NCBI RefSeq assembly: GCF_021869535.1 | Contig: NW_026262745.1 | Location: 47,802,001-47,866,000, forward strand | Direction: 5' to 3' | DNA: 64,000 bases | DNA from: Mytilus californianus | Lineage: Eukaryota | Shown: positions 50,861 to 62,298 of the stretch, in pieces | Layout of the letters: each line of letters starts with the position of its first letter | Numbering within the stretch: position 1 is the first letter of the stretch | Program-made: the position numbers and the translations under genes | Notes under the pieces: generated by a model | What the model saw: the letters and a program-made list of their open reading frames with translations, nothing else | Databases searched by the model: none | Told to the model about the DNA's origin: nothing

Positions 50861-52846
50861 ATAATAGACGTGTTACGAAAGGGTATACACTCGACGCTGA
50901 GGTTGACAAATTAGACTTTAAATGTAGGTATCGTATCAAAACATAAAAGTGATTTAAAGATTTAAATTATCTGTTTATCAATTGAACCTTGTATTTAAAC
51001 TGCATAGTGAGGTGTTAACGTACAATTCTCTCTTATAACAGATATTCGTTTGGAAACCTTATTATAGACAATTTCTTTATAAATATTCCTTATGGGACGG
51101 GTATTCCATAAAATGTATTCCGTGAGAAATTAACATTATCGATTCCATAATATTTCTTTCATTTGGAACACTAACAGGGGACAAGGGGATAGCAGAAAGG
51201 AAATGGATCCCACAAAAAAGGGAAACGGGATCCGCAAAAAAAAGATTCGGGGATGAGTAAAAAAAATCCCCTGCCCTCCCTAATAAATTAAAATTACATA
51301 AACTTGATATTTTCAATTTTTGCGAATTCAAAATCAATAGAGACAAACCTTTTAACATAAAGAGGGTTTACTCAAAGTCAGAATATATGAATGCGTTGCG
51401 AAAATGGAAATATTTCTAATTATATAATGTGATGAAAGTACGACTTGTGGCAAGTCGATGGACATGTTGACGTACAAGCGGGTGGTAAATAAAGGTATCC
51501 ACTTCGTGTAATAAACTCCTCTTACATTGTTTAACCTAAGAGCTATAAAATTTGCATAATATATATACATATACACAGGACATGTGCATTTCCTCCTATA
51601 GATTTATTTTGGAAATATTTTGCAGATTTTCCAGAGGTTGACGCTTCGTCCCACGAGCCCTAATTAGACCTTGCAAAAGATGTATAATTATTTGTTTAAT
51701 ACCTTCTCGTGAATATATCTGCAATGTTTGTTTCCTTTCATCTGTTATGACTAACAAGAAATAATTCATTGTTCTCTCCTATAATCAATTTTTTTTTTCA
51801 ACCGGGACTGTTTCAAGGACCTACTACACATATATATTTATCCAGTTTGAATTTGTTGCATTTTAGTTTTTGAATAGATCCAACTTGAAGCATGTTAACG
51901 TTGCGATGTAGTTTCAGAGAAGATCTAAGAAAGACTACTGCATTTTTTACAAAGCCCTCGGTGTTTCTCATTGGCATTTGTTTCAGTGTGGAGTTGTAGA
52001 TTGTTTGGTTTTGTTTTTTTTTTACCCGGGTTTGTATTGTCTCTTAATTTCCTCTCTTCTTGACCATGGCTTTCACTTTTTTATATCGTTTTCTTTGATT
52101 TGTTTGACCCGGTTAGGCCATCACGAACCTTTACGGGGGCGTTAAAAAATCCAAGAAGCCATACTCTTTTCTTCCTTTTTTTGTTTGCCTTAAACTTCGT
52201 TTTTTCTTTTAAAAAAATTGTTGAAGGCAAATCGTAACTTCCCATTTATTCCATATGTAGAATTAAAAACTTTGAGCTTAACCATGAACACAAAGAAGAA
52301 AATTTAAACTAAAATATTAGCCAAATCGAGGTGTCGTGTGTATGAGGAACACGCTATAATGTGCTAAAAACTTTCAAAATCATCGGAAGCTTATGGAGAC
52401 ATCCGAGAAAATAAAATTAACGACCAAATAGCTTTGTGTGGGTTTAGGGTAATGACAGATTGATCTGCTCCAAGAACTGTAATAGAAGATACTAAATTGG
52501 CTTACTATGTAAATTTCATCACTTTGGAAGTGACGGATGATATTTTCACAACTAATAATCCCCATTCCCTTTCCCAATTCCCCCGCACACCTTTCTCGTT
52601 GTGTTATACTCACACTCAATGGAATCAGAAAATGATTAACATGTTTGATGTTACAATAAGACGACGTTTCAAATAAACGAACTTTAATGACAGTAGACGT
52701 GTGTACGTTAGCTAGTCAACATCATCCATGAGATTTTAATTTTACCGGTTTGAATGTTTTGACAGAGTCCCCGCATTTAAAGTCTAATTTGTCAACCTCA
52801 GCGTCGAGTATATACCTTTTCGTAAATGCGTAACATGTCTAATATG
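50861..52846. repeat. Inverted-repeat pair enclosing about 1.85 kb
   Basis: Perfect 36-bp inverted match, 50889-50924 vs 52774-52809, extended by imperfect matches. Confidence 0.8.
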
Positions 52847-53550
52847 ATATGTAAAACATTTTTAAATATCATAATCAAAATGTGTGTGATCTGTAAATGT
52901 AAGCATCGTCTTAGTCATACATCCATAATATATATATATTTATAAATAGAAGTCTGAATAGCCTTCGTCAGTATCAATAATTTTAACAATACAGTATTGT
53001 TTAAATTATTTACACTGTCGAAGACTAAAATTGAGAATGGAAATGGGGAATGTGTCAAAGAGACAACAACCCGACCATAGAACAGACAACAGCAGAAGGT
53101 CACCAACAGGTCTTCAATGCAGCGAGAAATTCCCGCACCCGGAGGCGTCCTTCAGCTGGCCCCTAAACAAATATATATACTAGTTCAGTGATAATGAACG
53201 CCATACTAAACTCCAAATTGTACACAAGAAACTAAAATTAAAAATAATACAAGACTAACAAAGGCTAGAGGCTCCTGACTTGGGACAGGCGCAAAAATGC
53301 GGCGGGGTTAAACATGTTTATGAGATCTCAACCCTCCCCCTATACCTCTAGCCGATGTAGAAAAGTAAACGCATTACAATACGCACATTAAAATTCAGTT
53401 CAAGAGAAGTCCGAGTCTGATGTCAGAAGATGTAACCGTAGAAAATAAACAAAATGACAATAATACATAAATAACAACAGACTACTAGCAGTTAACTGAC
53501 ATGCCAGCTCCAGACTTCAATTAAACTGATTGAAAGATTATGTCTTCATC

Positions 53551-53611
53551 ATATGAATATCAGGCACAATCCTTCCCGTTAGGGGTTGAGTATCATACCA
53601 TCATAACATAT
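53551..53611 (-). promoter_or_regulatory. Type II SECIS element (selenocysteine insertion sequence)
   Basis: RNA AUAUG-UU-AUGAU-GGUAUGAUACU-CAA-CCCC-UAAC-GGG-A-AGGAUUGUGCC-UGAU-AUU-CAUAU: helix I, AUGA/GA core, 11-bp helix II with one mismatch, apical AA and mini-stem; about 55 nt after the ORF end. Confidence 0.82.
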
Positions 53612-53665
53612 ATGAGAAGAACATAACCCGTGTCATGCCAACAACTGGTTTTTAAATAAATGTGT

Positions 53666-56638
53666 TTAGTGCCGATGCAAAGACCCGAATCAATATTAAC
53701 GCCAAAATATGCAATCTTTAATGACCTGACAACAGTATCGTAACTATATCCCTTCTTAATAAGTGTATTTAAAGGTTTTGTTAGCTTCAGAGGTGAATAC
53801 TGACATTTTTGTGCTTTATAAAGAATATTTCCATAAAAAATTGGATGTGAAATACCTGAACGTATAAGAAGTCTGCATGTTGAGCTATATTTACGAATGA
53901 TGTCCTTATACCGATGATAAAATTTAGTAAATGTTTTGACTAGTTTGAGATATCGAAAACCCTGGTGTAATAATTTTTCAGTAATACATTGTTACATATA
54001 TGAGCGAATCGTACAAGTTGAGATATATAAACACCGTAAGATGGTGACAAGGGAACGTCACCATCTAAAAATGGATAATTAACGATAGGAAATGAAAAAT
54101 CATCTCTTTTATCATATATTTTAGTATTAAGCTTTCCATTAATGATATAGATATCAAGATCGAGGAAAGGGCAGTGGTCATTGTTAGTATTAGCTTTATT
54201 TAAAGTAAGTTCAACAGGATAAATTTCTTTAGTATACATACTGAAGTCGTCATTATTGGGAGCCAAAATATCATCCAAATATCTAAAAGTATTATTAAAT
54301 TTGTGTATCAGATGTTGTTTCGATGGGTCTTTGCTGATTTTTGTCATAAATTGTTACTCATAGCAAAACAAAAAAAGGTCCGCAATACGTGGTGCACAGT
54401 TAGTCCCCGTTGGAATTCCGATAACCTGACGATATACGGAATCTCCAAAGCGAACAAAAATGTTATCTAGTAAAAATTCAAAGGCATATATAGTATCAAA
54501 GCATGTCCAATTGACATAGTTTTTTTGTTTATTGCTACTAAAAAATGACCTAAAAGAGTTTGAACATATATATTCACATTCTGACTTTTTAAATGCCCAT
54601 TTAATTAGGTGTGTGAATTATTTCTTAATGAGAATGTAAGGCAATGTGGTATATAGGGTAGAAAAATCAAAACTTTGAACAGATTCAAAATCACCAATAT
54701 ATGCATGTAATTTATCAAGTACTTCCAACGAGTACTTGACACTCCAAAAGTAATTAATTCCACTATTTTCGAAGGCCTTATTTGAACAATTTATTATCAG
54801 GTTTTTGATTGTACCAAGTGTACTGGTAAGAAGAATAGACAATTTAGTAGTGGAACAATGGCTTGAAGACGAAATGAATCTATATTTGTAAGGTGTTTTG
54901 TGTAGCTTCGGAAGCCAATACATAGTTGGGACTTTCATTGTATTTGGTTCTGCTTGTAAAGCGGTAGCTAAAAGTTTATGTTTCTAACAGATGTCGTTTT
55001 CTGAAAATGGAGTCAGTTGGAATGTTGGTGAATTGGTGATTTCTTTTTTCAGAACCTCAATGTAAAATTTACGTAAAACAATAATAATATTATTAGCAGC
55101 TTTATCGGCCGGGACAAAAACAAATTCCTTGGCTAGTTCTTTTAGTTTATGTTTGATACGAGAAATAGGTTTATTGTGGTTATTGTTAAGAGTAAAATGT
55201 CCTTTAAAATGTTGAATACGTATCAACTATGTTCATTACTGAATTAAAAAAAGAGTCCAAAGATTTTTTGTCAGCTTTTTCCCGATTTATCCATTTCAAA
55301 CAGTAAGTATGGAGTGATTCGTGGATGATATTACGACACTCATTCCAATTAAAAATTGACGGGGGACGATATTTAGGTCCTTTACTGAGGAATAATTTTA
55401 ACTCTCGGTCTTGAACGATGTTAAGATCTCCTGTTATAACATGGGAAATGGGTCCATAAATGTATTCGGAATTACTGCAATTACATGAAGTAGGTGTATT
55501 TTCACTGATATTAACATCTTTACACAATTGGCTATAATTAAACACAAATTTCCGGGTAGGTTTCTTGTAAATATAACAAATAAGAGGGAGCTCAGTATTA
55601 TCAAAATATCCCGGAATTTGTTCTTTAACAGAATGGTCGTTAAAAATACCGGCAATATTTACAAAATCAAAAACCTTTATTGACATACTTTATTTTAATA
55701 AACTGTTTTTTATGATCTTCAGGGCGATCAATTTTGGGAAACAGTTTAGAATAACAATATGCCATTATAATTTGAACGATTTCATACTTAGGACTGCTAT
55801 ATGAAATTGTGTTGCAATCCTCTAAAATTTTATTTAACTTATTAACCGGTAATGAACAGAGCTTTGTTAACAGATAATGTCTGCCGTTGTTTTTTGAAAT
55901 AGAAATTAGGTCCGAAATATTGGTATTATTGCTCCGAAATTTTCTTTGATTGCGATTTTTTCTACGACCATGAGAACGGTTTTTACGAACAGTTTGAGAA
56001 ACTATATCCAAAATGTTAACAGAATCGGTTCTTGATATATTACCAATTCCCATGATATTATCATTAAGACCGAGAGGGTAGACTGTCTGTAATTTTTTAA
56101 TCCAATTTAATTCAATTATTATCCGTGATCGTACAAACTTTGAATGAGATTCACCAGGCTGCTTATTTACTACTTCTAAAGGTTGAACTGCTAAATATTT
56201 AATAGGATGATTGTGCTTCTTAAGGTGTTGATAAATGATACTTTTGAATTTATTGGGTCTTTTAAAACGATACAGATGTTCTTGAGTGCGTTTAGATAAA
56301 TATCGTCCAGTTTCACCTACGTACTGAATACCGCATCCCGGTTTGTTTCATGTGAGTAAATAAATAATACTGTTTGTTTTTCAAGTTATATCAGTTTCAA
56401 AATTTAAATAAAATGTGCGACCATTAAACGTGGACCTTTCCGTATTGTTGGTGGAAAGACGGGGACATGTAAGTCATTTTTTGGCATGACACTTATCGAT
56501 AGAAGGGTAACCACGATTTTTATTGTTAAAAATGTTAGCGATGGTAGTATTTTTAGATAAGCGATTTTGAAGATTGAGACGTGTAGATACCCTTTGAACG
56601 AGTTTAGTATTTAATATTTTTCCATTTCTAAGCTTCAT
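53666..56638 (-). pseudogene. EN-RT polyprotein ORF of the Naiad element; three probable Sec (UGA) codons plus true lesions
   Basis: Starts at MKLRNGK (56638). In-frame TGA at 56476-74, 56383-81 and 56350-48. Frameshifts near 55670, 55220 and 53985; TAG at 54986-84; TAA near 54620 and 54355. Confidence 0.88.
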
Positions 56639-59600
56639 ATTTGTTTTTTGTTTGTGAATTATATTAGAAAGGAGCAAAGACTGGCGTCCAGAATATGAAC
56701 CAGCATACAATGAATTAAATTATGTAAAACTGATAAATCTGTTAACTATTTGTTAAGCCAATATATTTGTCAACACGATTTTATAACATCATCTTCGTAT
56801 ATAACCATCTTATATTAGTACCGTTGTGCAAATCTTTAGACTTATATATTTATAAATATATATAAATGATGTGTGTATATATCCCATAGTTTGTCAATTT
56901 ATGACAACTGCAACTAAAGTTGTTTAATTTCACATCATTCATATATATTGATGATGTTATGTCACTCAATAACCCACTTTTCAGTGAGTGCTTGCATCTC
57001 ACATATCATATAGAACTTGTAAGACGTTAGTTTTATCAATTGAATTGTTTCACATTCTTCACATGTTTTCATGTCGGGGCCTTTTATAGCCGACTTTACG
57101 GTATGGATTTTTCTCATTATTAAAGGCCGTATGGTTGCCTATAATTGCTTGCATCCACTTCTTTTGAACTTTGGTAGAAAGCTGTCGCATTGTAAATCAT
57201 ACTACATCTCCTTATTTTTATATTGAGATGAGAGATACTATTGACACTAAAAAGTCTGCTTTATCTTAATCTTTTCCTCGAAATTGACACGGAAGGATGA
57301 CTTCAAAATAGAATCTATAACAAACGTGTTGATTTCAATTTTCCATGGTTCATCTTCTAAACTCTCCTCAGTAGCCTACCCATTGCCCCGTAATAGGGCG
57401 TTTACTTATCTCAAGGTGTGCTCCTTATACCCAAAAAACAGATCCAACAGAGTGAGGAGGACGAACGACTGGAACCGACACTAAACAAGATTTACGGTCA
57501 CCATTATTAATTTGTTGATCACTAAGATATGTCTATGTTTCAACTGACTAGAGACATGTTTTTGCAGTATACCAGAATAGTCCTCTGATCAGTTATTTAA
57601 CCGACTGCGTCTTATTACCGATGGTGACTTTTTGACTAATTGTGGATAAGCATGGTGGTTGATATATGTATATCAGGAAGCACTTATCCTGTCGACGCAC
57701 CTGGTCTTGCTCCTGTTGGATACCATGCGATCTCTCAGATTTTATTTGTTACCTTTAGTTGCATTGTCTTGTTTGTGATTGATGAGATTTGAACATTCGT
57801 AAACCAATGTTACCTACATCATTGTACATTAAGTAGTCACGGATTGGATTTTTTCTTGAGTCCCTGTATATTCATTGCATATTGGCTATGTCAGTTTGCA
57901 TCAAGAAGTTTGCGTAACATTGTAAACATCTTTTTGGAGGGGTGCGATTAATTTATTTGTTGCTTTTAGTTATTGCAGATCTGTGTGTAAATCACTGTAT
58001 GATGTCTTACCGTCTTGTTAGACTCGGGCGGATTAAGACCTTATCACATTGTAGAATTCACGTTTACCGATTATAATGTGACCTTTAGATGTGTATTGTT
58101 ATTTGTGTCGTTGGAATGCTCTCTCATCTGACGCTTACCTTGCATCTATTTTGTTCCAACAATTGTCCCCAAACTCGTTTAAATAAGGAAACAGCAACAG
58201 GTACCGCACTCAACTCTTCAGAAGTTGTATGTACGTTGAGGCTATAACCAGATGATAGATAATTTGTGAGAAAGTAGAATTATTGTTGCCACGAAATAAT
58301 TTGTTACTAATGTTTGCATAAAACAAAGCACCAATATGCTTGTCCAAATATACAATAATAACTTAATATGTGGTGCCTACAATAAGTTTTTATCTTTAAA
58401 CAATAAAAAGAAGCAATTAAAAGTATTTTTGAAGACAATAACTATTCCTACATAATTTGCATATATACAAATACTTAAATGTGATTTCTCCGTTACATTT
58501 ATTTCCCTTGGTTTAGACTTCGAATGAAAATACTTCCAGACCTACTGTAAACGCTACGTTGATTTTATCATGTTATATTCATGAACAATATATATGATAG
58601 AAATCCTCGCTTTCCAAGATAATTGGAATTGACAAGAAATAATTCAAATGTTTCTAAAGGTTATTGGTATGAGAACTTGGCTGCCGACTTACAAACCTTA
58701 CACAAAATATTTTCGGACTGGTATTCGGTTTTAGAGTTAATCGGTCAGTATACACATCAATAACCTCTATAAAAATGTGTTCACTCCTTTTATCTTTTTG
58801 TTTCTAAAAAGATGTGCACAGCAGTGGTGCCTCAAATTAACGGAATATATCTAATCAAATGGAAAAAAACGTCAAATATGTTCCATACTGGCAAAACTGA
58901 CATCTCCTCTTATTGATGACTACAGAAAAATAAACGGTTCATTTCAGATGAAATAACAATGCCTGGTCAGGGATGTGTAATACTTTGATGATTGCGGGAT
59001 ATTAACGACTGAAAACCTTTCCAACGGGTAAAGCATTGTTACAATGAATTAACTTTGTAGACATAACATTTCAAGCTTGCAGATATACCGGTCAACTAAT
59101 ATCAAAATAAATGCCCATTTCATAATTTTCACTTCACTTATACTATGATTTTGATGTTCAAGACTCTATATATGTTGACCTCTAGATGTCTTTCTATTTT
59201 TGGGGTTTCTTTTAGTGTTTGTTTGCCAAAATCGTGCGATCATTCCCGATTTCGCCTTTTATTTAGATCATACCGATAGAGATGGCCTTGCAGATGCCTC
59301 AAGTTCAAGTTCCTATCCATGTATTTTTTGTTTCTATTATTAACTGTAAAACTGTCAAGTGAAGGCATTTAAATAATGGGACTTTCCCGATCAAAATGTA
59401 GATATGTTTTCGTTCGAATTAATTCTATTGGTTGTCTTTCATTGTGTCGATTTAATAGTTTCTATTTCAGAAACTAAAATGATTGAAGCATTTCACTTCA
59501 ATTATACATGCTATTATGAATTACGTATTGAATGAGTATGGGCTATTTAAAATATTGAAGTAATCGAAGCCTTACTCTTCAGATTTTACTATGAATTAGG

Positions 59601-62256
59601 AAATACAAACATGAGGAATATTTGTATAATTTTCGTTTTGGTTACAGCAATGATATTTTTACCACAACTTGAAGCAGGCAAGTTAATAATATGATAATTG
59701 TGTCACATTTATCTGTTAGCAAGCCCTATTTGTAATGGGTTTTGTACAACACCTTAGTTAAGAAGATTTTTATTTTACAGTGTATTGTGCCTTGGAAACA
59801 TGGACAAATCTAATTCATGATAAAACATTATTTTGGCATCTCAAAACAAATTTATAATGTTTTCCGTATTTTACTAATAGATAGAAGTATAAAAATAAGA
59901 AGTTGTCGTATAATTACCAAATTAGACAACTTTGCACCAAACACCGAATGACATAGAAGTTAACAACTATAGGTCACCGTACTGCCATCAACAATGAACA
60001 CAATCCATACCCCGTGGTAAGCTATAAAGGCCCCGAATTAGACAAATGTAAAGCAATTCAAACGAGAAAACTAAAGGTTCGATTTAAGAACAAAACAATA
60101 AACACAAACAAATATGATTTACAGCAACAAACGACAATAATTGAATTACAGGCTCTAGACTTGGGATAGGCAAATACAGAATGTTGCGTGGTAAAGCATG
60201 ATTTCTGGCGCCATACCCTCCCCAACCTTAGACAGTAGTGTAACAGTATCACATAAGAACAAACAATAAAAATCAACTGAAAAGTGCGTAACTCATCAGA
60301 TCGATACAAAGCAAATAAAAACCATAACGAAAACACAAACGACACAAAGTACAGATCAGAGAGTACTCACAATTACTGGAAGCTATTTCAAAACCAATGA
60401 CAACTAATTAAAAAAACATGTGTCTAAGACTTAAATACCAATCAGTACACATCCAACATCCACTGAATTTAGTTAAAAGACGTCATTAACAGTCAGAGTT
60501 GAACATGACCTTGTGTTTTTAACTTTTTTAATGAACATAAGACTTTTAGTGTGAACGCAGCAAACACTAACAAGACTAAGTCGGAAATTGAAATCCACAC
60601 TATTGACAAAGAGAAAAAACTCAGTCTCAGTGCACCAATCGCATATAACAAAATTAAAGATATATTTGTGAACTAAAGGAGATAAAGGATTCAGTTATGT
60701 ACAGTATTTTGATATAAGAAATGAATTATAATATCCAGCAAAAACATGTCTAGATATATCAACAGTGAATACTAGCAACATCATATCAAAACAAACACAT
60801 TCTTACCTCGAGAATAACTAGCAAACTAACAGACTGCCTGAAAGCAATAAAAACAAAAGAAGTAAAACAGAATACAAAACATAAATGTGTGAGGTAAACG
60901 ATCAAATAAACTTTACTTTATCACTAGCCATTTTACAGGTGTTAAAAAAACATTTGATGAAGATGTTTTCTTTTTCCTATCATATATTGGTCATTTAGGT
61001 AAACGAACGAAAAAACTTTTGCGATTTAGAGATATGTGTAATGACAATTTTATATTGTTGACAAAAGCATAGTGACATCTAGATGTTACCTTGTTATTTT
61101 GTATTGCATGGGGGGATGATTCTCTCATGAACATATACTATACATGTGTTCTTATTTTTTTCAATTCCAACATTATCTATAAATTATTTCCAAATATATT
61201 TGATTAATGCATAAGATTTGTCGACTCTAGTTAAACCTGTTGTGTTTAGTAGCGGTTCGCAGCTAAAGATAATTTTACAAGTATACCTTACCCAATTGCA
61301 CCAAAAGAGACTAAACAAGTCTTATTAAAACCACAAAACAACTTTGATTGTATTCTCAAACTGATCAAAACATTAAATATTAAACAACTTCTATATACTA
61401 TATACCAGACCTTCTGAATACAGGTTATAATTACATACAACCGATAAAAGAACACCGTTGTTGTGTTATTGAAATGGGTAAAAGAACTATTTTAATTCGA
61501 CGACTACGTTTATCCAACGCCACAAGACTTTAAAATTCATAACAAAAAAACTCCGTTCTAAGACAAGTTGAATATTGTGTGGGCATATTATAAGTTTATC
61601 ATTGTTTTTTAAAATGAAATAAAATGAAAGGCTTCTAAAGCACATAGCTGATATCAATTTCATTTTCATAGTCCAAAATAGCGACATCATCCATTTGTAG
61701 TTAGCAATATACTAAGAAATCTGAAAAACTCTGCGTATAGCCTGCGATTGTTGTTGTCAGTGTATAAGTACAATGTTGATTATCAAAACCTTTGTCCATT
61801 CATCTGTCCATATAGACATAAATACTTGCAAGAGCAGACTAAACATTTACAGGCATTATTTAAAAACGATAGATAAATATTTCTGGGAACAAAAAATATG
61901 TATGACTTGAAATAAAAAAGGTCAAAATATATGGTGTGTAAATAACTACCTTTAAAATATCTCTTTTTGAATCTCAGTCATGCAAAGCTCTGATCCCTTG
62001 TCCGAAACTTGCTATAGTCTAGGTTTTATTGGTTTGATCAGCTCGTCAATTGGATCGATACCTCTACTGGTGGGTTGTTTGTCACCCCTACTTCGGTACT
62101 GGCATGAAAATAGAATATAGTTTGAGTAAAATTTGCTAATATTCAATTTTGGAAATCATTTAAATGTATCTTCCTAATTCTTATACTAAAAGCTATACTT
62201 AAGGTCCTTGTTGTTGTGACTAGCTCATCAATATCTGTATTAGAACTTGGATTTTC

Positions 62257-62298
62257 CATCACTTACGAGACATTATTTGTCGAAATGCGCATCTGGTG
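62257..62298 (+). ncRNA. Minimal type I hammerhead-like motif with one core substitution
   Basis: CAUCA-CUUACGA-GACA uuauu UGUC-GAA-AUGCGCAU-C-UGGUG; the core differs from CUGANGA at G5. Confidence 0.55.

Larger units (their letters stand above)
53029..56710 (-). mobile_element. Penelope-like retroelement with N-terminal GIY-YIG endonuclease (Naiad type), selenoprotein-type, disabled copy
   Basis: Order on the minus strand: Zn-knuckle/GIY-YIG (IIYLLT..GIQYVGETGR..EH..QH..ELNWIKKLQTVYPLGLND), CxC linker (TSCNCS..HVITGDL..KGPKYR), RT (VPADKAANN, YWLPKLHK, SFDFSTLYT, GIPTGTNCAP, RYLDDI, FLDL, YDKRDDF), then a 3' UTR of about 640 nt. Confidence 0.93.

Noticed and set aside
55667-55669. Fourth selenocysteine UGA
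   Set aside because: It arises from one extra T in GGT TTT T GAT; the correct frame reads NKGFDFVNI, so it is a frameshift artefact
56348-56476. UGA = Trp (mitochondrial-type code)
   Set aside because: Nuclear context, TGG is used for Trp in the same ORF, and the UGA sites correspond to Cys positions, not Trp
57060-57225. Pseudo-LTR of the Naiad element
   Set aside because: Opposite orientation, separated from the ORF start, and closer to the short repeat subfamily than to the 53029 end
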